Origin: Pseudomonas aeruginosa
GTDB taxonomy: Bacteria; Pseudomonadota; Gammaproteobacteria; Pseudomonadales; Pseudomonadaceae
Length of the DNA stretch: 32,000 bases
Direction: 5' to 3'
Assembly (NCBI RefSeq): GCF_001457615.1
Contig: NZ_LN831024.1
Coordinates: forward strand, 5,610,001 to 5,642,000
The notes under the pieces are model-generated. The model was not told the origin of the DNA, made no database searches, and saw only the letters and a list, made by a program, of their open reading frames with translations. Below are positions 1 to 7,504 of this stretch, piece by piece; within the stretch, counting starts at the first letter, position 1; each line of letters starts with the position of its first letter. Made by a program: the position numbers and the translations under genes.

Positions 1-1
1 G

Positions 2-1714
2 CCCAAGGCCAACCTCGGGGAAACCGCGCGCCAGCTCTACCAGGGCCTGATCGAACTCAACCAGTTGGTGCTGCCCGTCGAGGCCCGCCTGCAACTGCTC
101 GAACTGTTCCGTCCAGAGGTGCATTTCGTCTGCGCCCACCTGGAACGGCACTTCCTCAACCAGGCCATCGTCCTCGACGAACGGCCGCGCAAGATCGCCA
201 ACCTCTGCCAGGCCCTGCAGAACCACCTGGCCATCGGCTACAAGCTGATCGTGGTCCAGGAAGCGCCGCGCAACAGCCGCGACCGCGCGCAGCTGTTCGC
301 GGTCGGCATCCAGCGGGCGATCCGCAGCCTGTGCGGGCCGCTGATCCGCGCCAGCCAGTTGTACTGCCCGGTCCCCGAGGGGCTTTGGCTGGAACTCCAC
401 CAGCTCTACCAGTTGGCCAGCCAGCGCGGCGTGCATCGTCTCGCGGTGCGCGACGAACTGGCCAAGCACACCCCCGGCCTGAGCGTCGAGCAGGCCTACC
501 TGATTCCGCTGCTGCTCGGCTGCGCGCGCTGCAACCAGATGCGCCAGAACAACATTGCACGGCTCGCCGAGGTGCTCGAACCCTGGAGCCAGCTGCTGTC
601 GATACAGAGCGCGACGCTGCCCGGCTCGCTGTTCATCGCCGTGCCGCAGATCGACGGCCCGCCGCGCTACCGTTCGCTGTACCCGGAGACCCAACTGGCC
701 AGTGCCCTGGGCATCGACACCCAGCCGCTGGTCGAGCTGATCCGCGAATACCTGCTGCAGCCCGAGGCCGAACGCGCGAAAGCACGCCTGCCGCTGATCG
801 AAGGGGTGACCCTGGACCTGCTGCAACATCTCTCCTCGGCCTGGGGTGACATCGCCGAACGTACCTTCCAGCGCACCCAGGGCCAGGGCCAGTTGACCCT
901 GTGCATCGGCATGAGCGCCCTGCACTACTTCCTCGCCGGGCGCCGCCCGTTCAACGAGGTCCTGCAGATCCAGGAAGCGCCCGAGGCGCCTCGCTTCAAG
1001 GCCGACGTCCAGGACGCCTGGGCCGGCGCCTTCGATGCACAGAAGGTCACCGACTGGCAGCCCGGCATGCCGCTGGAGGAAATCGAGTACCGCCCGCACC
1101 AGTCGCCCCGCAGTGTGCAACCCGGGCACCCGCAGGCCCACGCACAGGCTGACGCCACCGAGGACTACCCGACCTACGCCCTGCCCATCGTCAACCACAG
1201 CCCCGGCGGCTATTGCCTGAGCTGGCCGAAGGAGGTGCCCGCCCAACTGCAGGCGGGCGAACTGGTCGGCCTGCAGGACCTTCCAGGCCAGGCGTGGAGC
1301 ATCGCGGTGGTGCGCTGGATCCGCCAGGTACGCAATGGCGGCACGCAGATGGGCATCGAGATGATCGCCCCGGCGGCACAGCCCTGCGGCCTGCAACTGC
1401 TGCGCAAGACCGAGCAGAGCAGCCACTACCTGCGCGCCCTGCTGCTGCCGGCGATCGCCGCGATCTCGCGGCCGGCGACGGTGATCACCCCGCGCCTGCC
1501 GTTCCAGGAGGGCAGCCGGGTGCAGATCAACCTGCACGGCGAGGAGCGGCGCGCGGTGCTGAATCGCCGGCAGGCCTCGACCGGCAGCTTCAGCCAGTTC
1601 GAATACCGCTCGGCGGAACCGGTGAACACCCCGAGCGATAAGCCGGTCACAGCGCCAGTGGCCCGGCCGCCTGCGGGGGAGGAAGATTTTGACTCGCTCT
1701 GGAAGTCTCTGTAG
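2..1714 (+). CDS. Conserved hypothetical protein with its 5' end outside the window; C-terminal PilZ-like region suspected
   Basis: The reading frame is open from the window edge (PKANLGETARQLYQGLIELNQ precedes track ORF 65..1714). Third codon positions are strongly G/C. Stop TAG at 1712-1714. N-x-S-x-x-G motif NHSPGG at 1193-1210. Position upstream of fimX matches PA4958 as I remember PAO1. Confidence 0.75.
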   Translation, partial: PKANLGETARQLYQGLIELNQLVLPVEARLQLLELFRPEVHFVCAHLERHFLNQAIVLDERPRKIANLCQALQNHLAIGYKLIVVQEAPRNSRDRAQLFAVGIQRAIRSLCGPLIRASQLYCPVPEGLWLELHQLYQLASQRGVHRLAVRDELAKHTPGLSVEQAYLIPLLLGCARCNQMRQNNIARLAEVLEPWSQLLSIQSATLPGSLFIAVPQIDGPPRYRSLYPETQLASALGIDTQPLVELIREYLLQPEAERAKARLPLIEGVTLDLLQHLSSAWGDIAERTFQRTQGQGQLTLCIGMSALHYFLAGRRPFNEVLQIQEAPEAPRFKADVQDAWAGAFDAQKVTDWQPGMPLEEIEYRPHQSPRSVQPGHPQAHAQADATEDYPTYALPIVNHSPGGYCLSWPKEVPAQLQAGELVGLQDLPGQAWSIAVVRWIRQVRNGGTQMGIEMIAPAAQPCGLQLLRKTEQSSHYLRALLLPAIAAISRPATVITPRLPFQEGSRVQINLHGEERRAVLNRRQASTGSFSQFEYRSAEPVNTPSDKPVTAPVARPPAGEEDFDSLWKSL

Positions 1715-1778
1715 ATTGCCCCGACACCTCCATTCGCCGTCTTTTCGCGCCTGCCCGGACGCGGACTGAGCCCTTTCC

Positions 1779-3854
1779 ATGGCCATCGAAAAGAAAACCA
1801 TCCGCCTGCTGATTCTGGAAGACTCGCAGAACGAAGCCGAACGCCTGGTCAGTCTGTTCCGCAATGCCGGCCACGCGACCCGCGTACATCGACTGACCTC
1901 TCCCGAGGACCTCGCCGAAACCCTCCAGCAAAGCTGGGACCTGCTGATCGCCGCGCCGACCAGCGAGTGTCTCGAGCCCGGCGAGGCGCTCGCTACCTTG
2001 CGCCGCCAGTCGCGCGACATCCCGTTCATCCAGCTGGTGGCCGACAACAACTCCGACGCCATCACCGACGCCTTGATGCTCGGCGCCCAGGACGCCCTGC
2101 CGCAAGGCGAGGACGAGCGCCTGGTGCTGGTCGCCAACCGCGAGTTGGCCGGCCTCGCCGAACGCCGCGCGCGCCGCGCCGCCGAACTCGCCCTGCGCGA
2201 GGCGGAAAAACGCTGCCAGTTGCTGCTCGACAGCTCGGTCGACGCCATCACCTACGTCCACGACGGCATGCACATCTACGCCAACCGCTCCTACATGGCG
2301 CTGTTCGGCTACGAGGACGCCGAGGAACTGGAAGGCCTGCCGGTCATCGACCTGATCGCCTCCTGCGACCAGGGCGCCTTCAAGGATTTCCTCAAGGGCT
2401 ACCAGAACGACCAGCGCCAGACCGAACTGGTTTGCACCGGGGTCAAGCTCGACGGCCAGGAATTCAAGGCGCGCATCAGCCTCTCCGCCGCCACGTACGA
2501 CGGCGAACCCTGCATCCAGGTGGTGATCCGCGGCGAGGTCGACAACGCCGAGCTGGAAGAAAAGCTCCGCGAAGTCAGCAGCCAGGACCCGGTCACCGGT
2601 CTCTACAACCGCAGCCACTTCCTCGACCTGATGGATGCCGCCGTGCAGCAGGCGGTGACCGCCCGCAAGCCGTCGACCCTGGCCTATATCCATCTCAACG
2701 GCTACCCCTCGCTCCAGGCCGACCACGGGCTTTCCGGGATCGACCTGCTGCTCGGCCAGTTGGCCGGACTGATGCGTGAACAGTTCGGCGAGGAAGCCGA
2801 CCTGGCGCGTTTCGGCGATTCGATCTTCGCCGCCCTGTTCAAGGGCAAGACTCCCGAGCAGGCGCAAGCGGCACTGCAACGACTGCTGAAGAAAGTCGAG
2901 AACCACCTTTTCGAGCTGAACGGCCGCAGCGCCCAGGCCACCCTCAGCATCGGCGTCGCCGGTCTCGACGAGAAGACCGCCAAGGCCCAGGACGTGATGA
3001 ACCGTGCGCATCGCTGCGCCGATGACGCGGCACGCAAGGGCGGGTCGCAGATCAAGCAGTACAACCCGGCGGAAGAGCTTGCCGCCGCCGCCCAGCGCGG
3101 CGACGTCATCGCGATCCTCCAGCAGGCGCTGGAGACCAACAGCTTCCGCCTGCTGTTCCAGCCAGTCATCAGCCTGCGCGGCGACAGCCACGAGAACTAC
3201 GAGGTGCTCCTGCGCCTGCTCAATCCGCAGGGCCAGGAAGTGCCGCCGGCGGAGTTCCTGCATGCCGCCAAGGAAGCCGGGCTGGCGGAGAAGATCGACC
3301 GCTGGGTGATCCTCAATTCGATCAAGCTGCTCGCCGAGCATCGCGCCAAGGGGCACCAGACCAAGCTGTTCGTCCACCTGTCCAGCGCGAGCCTGCAAGA
3401 CCCCGGCCTGCTGCCCTGGCTCGGGGTGGCGCTGAAGGCCGCGCGCCTGCCGTCGGAGTCGCTGGTGTTCCAGATCAGCGAAGCCGACGCCACCAGCTAT
3501 CTGAAGCAGGCCAAGCAACTGACCCAGGGCCTGGCCACCCTGCATTGCCAGGCGGCGATCAGCCAGTTCGGCTGCTCGCTGAACCCGTTCAACGCGCTGA
3601 AGCACCTGACCGTGCAGTTCATCAAGATCGATGGCTCCTTCGTCCAGGACCTCAACCAGGTGGAAAACCAGGAGATCCTCAAGGGCCTGATCGCCGAACT
3701 GCACGAACAGCAGAAGCTCAGCATCGTCCCCTTCGTCGAGAGCGCCAGCGTCCTCGCCACCCTGTGGCAAGCCGGCGCCACCTACATCCAGGGCTACTAC
3801 CTGCAGGGGCCGAGCCAGGCGATGGACTACGACTTCTCCTCGGGAGACGAATGA
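1779..3854 (+). CDS. fimX: FimX, a c-di-GMP-binding type IV pilus regulator (pseudo-receiver, PAS, degenerate GGDEF, degenerate EAL)
   Basis: 691-aa ORF. The degenerate GGDEF motif GDSIF is encoded at 2814-2828 (residues 346-350). The EVL variant of EAL is at 3201-3209 (residues 475-477). The receiver-like N-terminus has DLLIAAP where the phospho-acceptor Asp is expected. Length and motifs match published FimX (PA4959). Confidence 0.95.
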   Translation: MAIEKKTIRLLILEDSQNEAERLVSLFRNAGHATRVHRLTSPEDLAETLQQSWDLLIAAPTSECLEPGEALATLRRQSRDIPFIQLVADNNSDAITDALMLGAQDALPQGEDERLVLVANRELAGLAERRARRAAELALREAEKRCQLLLDSSVDAITYVHDGMHIYANRSYMALFGYEDAEELEGLPVIDLIASCDQGAFKDFLKGYQNDQRQTELVCTGVKLDGQEFKARISLSAATYDGEPCIQVVIRGEVDNAELEEKLREVSSQDPVTGLYNRSHFLDLMDAAVQQAVTARKPSTLAYIHLNGYPSLQADHGLSGIDLLLGQLAGLMREQFGEEADLARFGDSIFAALFKGKTPEQAQAALQRLLKKVENHLFELNGRSAQATLSIGVAGLDEKTAKAQDVMNRAHRCADDAARKGGSQIKQYNPAEELAAAAQRGDVIAILQQALETNSFRLLFQPVISLRGDSHENYEVLLRLLNPQGQEVPPAEFLHAAKEAGLAEKIDRWVILNSIKLLAEHRAKGHQTKLFVHLSSASLQDPGLLPWLGVALKAARLPSESLVFQISEADATSYLKQAKQLTQGLATLHCQAAISQFGCSLNPFNALKHLTVQFIKIDGSFVQDLNQVENQEILKGLIAELHEQQKLSIVPFVESASVLATLWQAGATYIQGYYLQGPSQAMDYDFSSGDE

Positions 3855-3856
3855 AG

Positions 3857-3886
3857 AACGGGCGCCCTGGGCGCCCGTTGCTTTTC
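3857..3886. terminator. Rho-independent terminator between convergent fimX and serB
   Basis: Perfect 10-bp stem AACGGGCGCC (3857-3866) / GGCGCCCGTT (3870-3879) with loop CTG, followed by GCTTTTCC. It starts 3 nt after the fimX stop and lies 55 nt from the serB stop. Confidence 0.7.
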
Positions 3887-3940
3887 CGCTCTACCGACCT
3901 GGTTCGTGGCTGCCGGGCCGGCAAGAGACGCCCGCCGGCC

Positions 3941-5155
3941 TCAGGCTCGTCCTTCGCGGTCGCGGTAGCCGAGCAGGTAGAGGATGCCGTCCAGGCCCAG
4001 GGTCGAGATCGCCTGCTTGGCCGACTGCTTGACCAGCGGCTTGGCGCGGAACGCCACGCCCAGGCCGGCCAGGCCGAGCATCGGCAGGTCGTTGGCGCCG
4101 TCGCCGACGGCAATGGTCTGCTCCAGGCTCAGGCCTTCCTTCGCCGCCAGTTCGCGCAGCAGGTCGGCCTTGCGCTGGGCATCGACGATCGGCTCGACCG
4201 CCACCCCGGTGACCTTGCCGTCGACGATCTGCAACTCGTTGGCGAACACGTAGTCGATCCCCAGCTTCGCCTGCAATTGACGGGCGAAATAGGTGAAGCC
4301 GCCGGACAGGATGGCGGTCTTGTAACCCAGGCGCTTGAGTTCGGCGAACAGGGTTTCCGCACCCTCGGTCAGACGCAGCGAGGCGCCGATCTCCTCCAGC
4401 ACGTCTTCCGACAGCCCCTGCAGCAGCGCCAGGCGCTCCTTGAAGCTGGCGCGGAAGTCCAGTTCACCGCGCATCGCCCGCTCGGTGATCGCGGCGACCT
4501 TCTCGCCGACGCCGGCGGCCTTGGCCAGTTCGTCGATGACTTCCGCCTCGATCAGCGTCGAATCCATGTCGAACACCGCCAGCCGGCGGTTGCGGCGGAA
4601 CACGCTGTCCTGCTGGAAAGCGATGTCGACGTTCAATTCCTGGGCGACGCTGAGGAATTCCGCACGCAGCGCCGCCGGATCGGCCGGTTCGCCGCGTACC
4701 GAGAACTCGATGCAGCCCTTGCCCTGGTCGGCGGGCATGTCCAGCGGCATACGCCCGGAGAGACGGTCGATGTGGTCGATGTTCAGCGCGTACTTGGCGG
4801 TGATCGAGCTGACCCTCTGCAGTTGCTCGGCAGTCACCCGGCGGGTGAGCAGGGTCACGATGTGCCGCGCCTTGCCCTGGCCGTCGACCCATTGCCGGTA
4901 GTCATCTTCCGAGACCGGGGTGAAGCGCACCTGCTGGTCCAGCTTGTAGGCGGTGAACAGCACGTCCTTGAGGACCGAGGAACCGGCCTCGGTATCCGGG
5001 ATTTCCACCAGGATGCCGAACGACAGGGTGTCGTGGATCACCGCCTGGCCGATGTCGAGGATGTTCACCCCGCCCTGGGCCAGTACGCCGGTGATGGCAG
5101 CGGTGAGACCGGGGCGGTCTTCCCCGGTGATGTTGATCAGGACAATTTCGCGCAA
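3941..5155 (-). CDS. serB: Phosphoserine phosphatase with an N-terminal ACT-like regulatory region
   Basis: HAD motif I DMDSTLI, plus GDGANDLPM near the C-terminus. Preferred start is TTG at 5153-5155 (404 aa), preceded by GGAG 8 nt upstream. A TAGAAT -10 element at 5185-5190 lies inside the longer track ORF that reaches 5230. Confidence 0.88.
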   Translation of the reverse strand: MREIVLINITGEDRPGLTAAITGVLAQGGVNILDIGQAVIHDTLSFGILVEIPDTEAGSSVLKDVLFTAYKLDQQVRFTPVSEDDYRQWVDGQGKARHIVTLLTRRVTAEQLQRVSSITAKYALNIDHIDRLSGRMPLDMPADQGKGCIEFSVRGEPADPAALRAEFLSVAQELNVDIAFQQDSVFRRNRRLAVFDMDSTLIEAEVIDELAKAAGVGEKVAAITERAMRGELDFRASFKERLALLQGLSEDVLEEIGASLRLTEGAETLFAELKRLGYKTAILSGGFTYFARQLQAKLGIDYVFANELQIVDGKVTGVAVEPIVDAQRKADLLRELAAKEGLSLEQTIAVGDGANDLPMLGLAGLGVAFRAKPLVKQSAKQAISTLGLDGILYLLGYRDREGRA

Positions 5156-5184
5156 GGCGTAAGCTCCGCCAGGTAAAAGACGCC

Positions 5185-5190
5185 ATTCTA
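5185..5190 (-). promoter_or_regulatory. Candidate sigma70 -10 element (TAGAAT) for serB
   Basis: The minus strand reads GGGTAGAATGGCG about 30 nt upstream of the TTG start. No convincing -35 hexamer was seen. Confidence 0.3.
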
Positions 5191-5242
5191 CCCGCTTTCC
5201 CGCACACCCGAGAGACGCAGAGCCGGGCATTTGCCATCACCA

Positions 5243-5260
5243 CCGGTCGGAACCGACCGG
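5243..5260. promoter_or_regulatory. Perfect 18-bp palindrome in the serB / ytjB-like divergent region
   Basis: CCGGTCGG-AA-CCGACCGG, read directly from the sequence. Confidence 0.3.
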
Positions 5261-5312
5261 GAAAACCCGCGAAACCGCCGCGCGGCGGCCTGGAAAGCGC
5301 GTCAACGGCCCT

Positions 5313-5340
5313 TTGCCCCTCGGGGGGCGCTGGTTATACT
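5313..5340 (+). promoter_or_regulatory. Candidate sigma70 promoter for the YtjB-like gene
   Basis: TTGCCC (5313-5318), 16-nt spacer, TATACT (5335-5340). It lies inside the longest-ORF call, which argues for the downstream GTG start. Confidence 0.35.
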
Positions 5341-5375
5341 GCGCGATACCTCTATTTCAGAAGACCGAGCCCCCT

Positions 5376-6914
5376 GTGACCCGGCCCACGTCCGTCAAGC
5401 CCGACAATTTCTTCCTCCTGCTGTTTCGTGCCTTGCGCCAGCGCCGCGTCCCGATCGCCCTGCGGCTCGCCAGCCATAGCCTGATCCTGGTGGCCCTGGC
5501 CCTGCTGATCTACGCCTGGGTCATGGGCATGCAGTTTCGCCAGGCCATGCAGCAGCAGGCCGATGCCCTGGGCCAGAGCCTGATCACCCAGACCGCCGCG
5601 TCCGCCACCGAGTTGCTGGTGTCCAACGACATCCTCAGCCTCAACGTGCTGCTGAACAACCTGGTGAAGAACCCGCTGGTGGCCCATGCGGCGATCTACA
5701 GCGTCGACCAGCGCATCCTCGCCGAGGCCGGCAGCCGTCCGAAGCAGAGCCTGCTCGGTGCCACCGAAGGCCTGTACTCGACGCCGATCACCTTCCAGGA
5801 AGTGATCGCCGGGCACCTGCGCATCAGCCTGGACATGCAGCAGTTCCAGCAGCCGATGATGATCAGCCTGCAGAGCATGGGCCTGATCAGCCTGATCCTG
5901 CTGATCCTCGCCCTGTATTTCAGCCTGCGCCTGGGGCGGCAGATTTCCACACCCTTGTTGCAATTGCGTGTCTGGTTGCGCGATCCGGACAATCCGGCCC
6001 CCGGCGCCGAACTGCAGAACGAGCTGGGCGACCTGGCGCGCGACCTGGAAGAGCGCCTGGTGCCGGAAAAGCCGCCGGCGCCGGAGCCGGAAGAAGCACC
6101 GCTGCCGCAGAACTTCGACGACATCCTGCTGGAAGACGACGAAGCCGACCTGCGCAGCCGCAAGGTCGAGGCCTCGGCCTTCGAGGAAGACGACATTCCG
6201 CTGGGCGACGCCCTGCTGGACGAGACCAAGCCGGTGGAATTCACCTCCATCGACGAAGACCCGCTGGACCAGGACGCCTTCGACGAGAACGGAGCCGAAG
6301 CCGGGGAACAGCCCGCAGCGCCCGCCGCTGCGCGCGAACCGCAACACAGTGCGGTGCTGGCGATCCAGCTCGGCGCTCAGGAACAGTTGCGCCGGTTGCC
6401 GCGCAGCCGCCTGGTGGATCTCCTGCAACGCTATCGCGACTGCCTGGAACAGGCCGCCCGCCAGTACAAGGGCTGCCTGCACACGCTCAGCGACGGCGGC
6501 AGCCTGATTCTCTTCCACAGCCGCGACAACCGCGCCGACTACCTGACCAACGCGCTCTGCTGCGGTGAACTGATGCGTGCGCTCGGCCATGCCCTGCAGA
6601 TCGAGGTCGCCGACAGCGGCATCACCTTGCAACTGCAACTGGGCCTGAGCCTCGGCGAAGACCTCAGCGAACAGACCCAGGCCGACCTGCTGCTCAACGA
6701 AACCGTGCAGAACGCCCTCGCCCTCAACCAGCACAGCCGCAACCTGCTGCTGGTCGAACGCAGCATCGCCGACGACGCGGTGGTCCGCGAGCGCGCCCGT
6801 ATCCGCGCCATCGCCAGTCCGGAAGGAGCCTGCTGCGTCGAGCGTCTGCTGGAGCCGTATCCGTCGATGCTCGAGCGCCAACTGGCGCGCATGCACGACC
6901 GCGCCCGCCCGTGA
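5376..6914 (+). CDS. Membrane protein: YtjB/Smp(AhpA)-like N-terminal module with 2 TM segments, HAMP-like segment, acidic linker and a degenerate cyclase-homology-like C-terminal domain
   Basis: GTG at 5376 is in frame with track ORF 5313..6914 and gives 512 aa. TM segments are LILVALALLIYAWVMG and MGLISLILLILALYFSL. The gene is divergent from serB, as smp/ytjB is in E. coli. The D/E-rich stretch is encoded at about 6060-6338. The C-terminal pattern is described in findings. The start codon is uncertain. Confidence 0.8.
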   Translation: MTRPTSVKPDNFFLLLFRALRQRRVPIALRLASHSLILVALALLIYAWVMGMQFRQAMQQQADALGQSLITQTAASATELLVSNDILSLNVLLNNLVKNPLVAHAAIYSVDQRILAEAGSRPKQSLLGATEGLYSTPITFQEVIAGHLRISLDMQQFQQPMMISLQSMGLISLILLILALYFSLRLGRQISTPLLQLRVWLRDPDNPAPGAELQNELGDLARDLEERLVPEKPPAPEPEEAPLPQNFDDILLEDDEADLRSRKVEASAFEEDDIPLGDALLDETKPVEFTSIDEDPLDQDAFDENGAEAGEQPAAPAAAREPQHSAVLAIQLGAQEQLRRLPRSRLVDLLQRYRDCLEQAARQYKGCLHTLSDGGSLILFHSRDNRADYLTNALCCGELMRALGHALQIEVADSGITLQLQLGLSLGEDLSEQTQADLLLNETVQNALALNQHSRNLLLVERSIADDAVVRERARIRAIASPEGACCVERLLEPYPSMLERQLARMHDRARP

Positions 6915-7447
6915 CCACCCTGATCACCCACCCGCTGCCGGTCCTGGCGGTGGGACTGGCCCTTGGCAGCCGGGTGATTCCGCCACGCCTGCTGCTGGCA
7001 GGCATGCTCGCCGCCTGCCTGCCGGACTTCGACGTAGTCGCCTTCAAGCTCGGCATCGCCTATCACGATGCCTTCGGCCATCGCGGCTTCAGCCATTCGC
7101 TATTGTTCGCCGCGATCCTCGGCGCGCTCGCCGCCCTCGCCTGCCGGCCGCTGCATAGCGGACCGCTGAAAGCCGGGCTGTGGGTAGCGCTGGCCACCGC
7201 CTCGCACAGCCTGCTGGACGCGATGACCAATGGCGGGCTGGGCGTCGCCTGGTTCTGGCCCTGGAGCGACGCCCGCTACTTCATGCCGTTCCATCCGATC
7301 GCCGTGTCGCCGATCGGTCTGTCGCGCTTCCTCAGCGAACGCGGATTGCTGGTGCTGCAATCGGAGGCGCGCTGGGTCTGGCTGCCCTGCCTGCTGCTGG
7401 CGCTCGCCGGCATGGCCCTGCGCTTCCTGTTGCGCCGCTCACGCTGA
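6911..7447 (+). CDS. YdjM-family inner-membrane metal-dependent hydrolase
   Basis: 178 aa. Motifs LPDFD...FGHRGFSHSLL and SHSLLDAMT..G..WFWP parallel E. coli YdjM (LPDIDH...FGHRGFTHSLL, SHILADMLT). Start GTG 6911-6913 overlaps the upstream stop (GTGA, 6911-6914). Confidence 0.85.
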   Translation: MTTLITHPLPVLAVGLALGSRVIPPRLLLAGMLAACLPDFDVVAFKLGIAYHDAFGHRGFSHSLLFAAILGALAALACRPLHSGPLKAGLWVALATASHSLLDAMTNGGLGVAWFWPWSDARYFMPFHPIAVSPIGLSRFLSERGLLVLQSEARWVWLPCLLLALAGMALRFLLRRSR

Positions 7448-7450
7448 CGC

Positions 7451-7487
7451 CGAAACGAAAAAGCCCCGCTTCGGCGGGGCTTTCTCC
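7451..7487. terminator. Bidirectional rho-independent terminator
   Basis: Stem AAAGCCCCGC (7460-7469) / GCGGGGCTTT (7474-7483) with loop TTCG. The minus strand reads a U-rich tail (UUUUUCGUUUCG). It sits between convergent stops at 7447 (+) and 7505 (-). Confidence 0.8.
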
Positions 7488-7504
7488 TAGTCGGCTATCG
7501 ACAA

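Noticed and set aside
1647-3770. A 707-aa minus-strand ORF antisense to fimX. Similar antisense giants occur at 3545..5176 (+), 5352..6896 (-), 9078..10829 (+), 12242..14263 (+), 15903..16826 (+), 17047..18207 (-), 18366..20138 (+), 23064..24332 (+), 24256..26238 (+), 26082..27257 (+), 27267..28922 (+) and 29936..30997 (+).
   Set aside because: They are shadow ORFs of a high-GC genome. Their translations are low-complexity and rich in Arg/Ala/Gly/Leu/Gln/Asp, with no recognisable motifs. They lack SD sequences. The opposite strand in each case encodes a protein with clear family motifs and G/C-rich third codon positions.
5156-5375. A LexA/SOS box upstream of the ytjB-like/ydjM-like pair, sought because E. 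coli ydjM is SOS-regulated. CTGGTTATACTGCGCG looked superficially similar.
   Set aside because: It does not fit CTG-N10-CAG. The TATACT is better explained as a -10 hexamer.
6060-6338. The acidic D/E/P-rich segment of the YtjB-like protein, considered as a possible tandem DNA repeat or variable-number region.
   Set aside because: I found no exact or near-exact nucleotide periodicity by eye. It looks like compositional bias (a disordered linker), not a repeat array.
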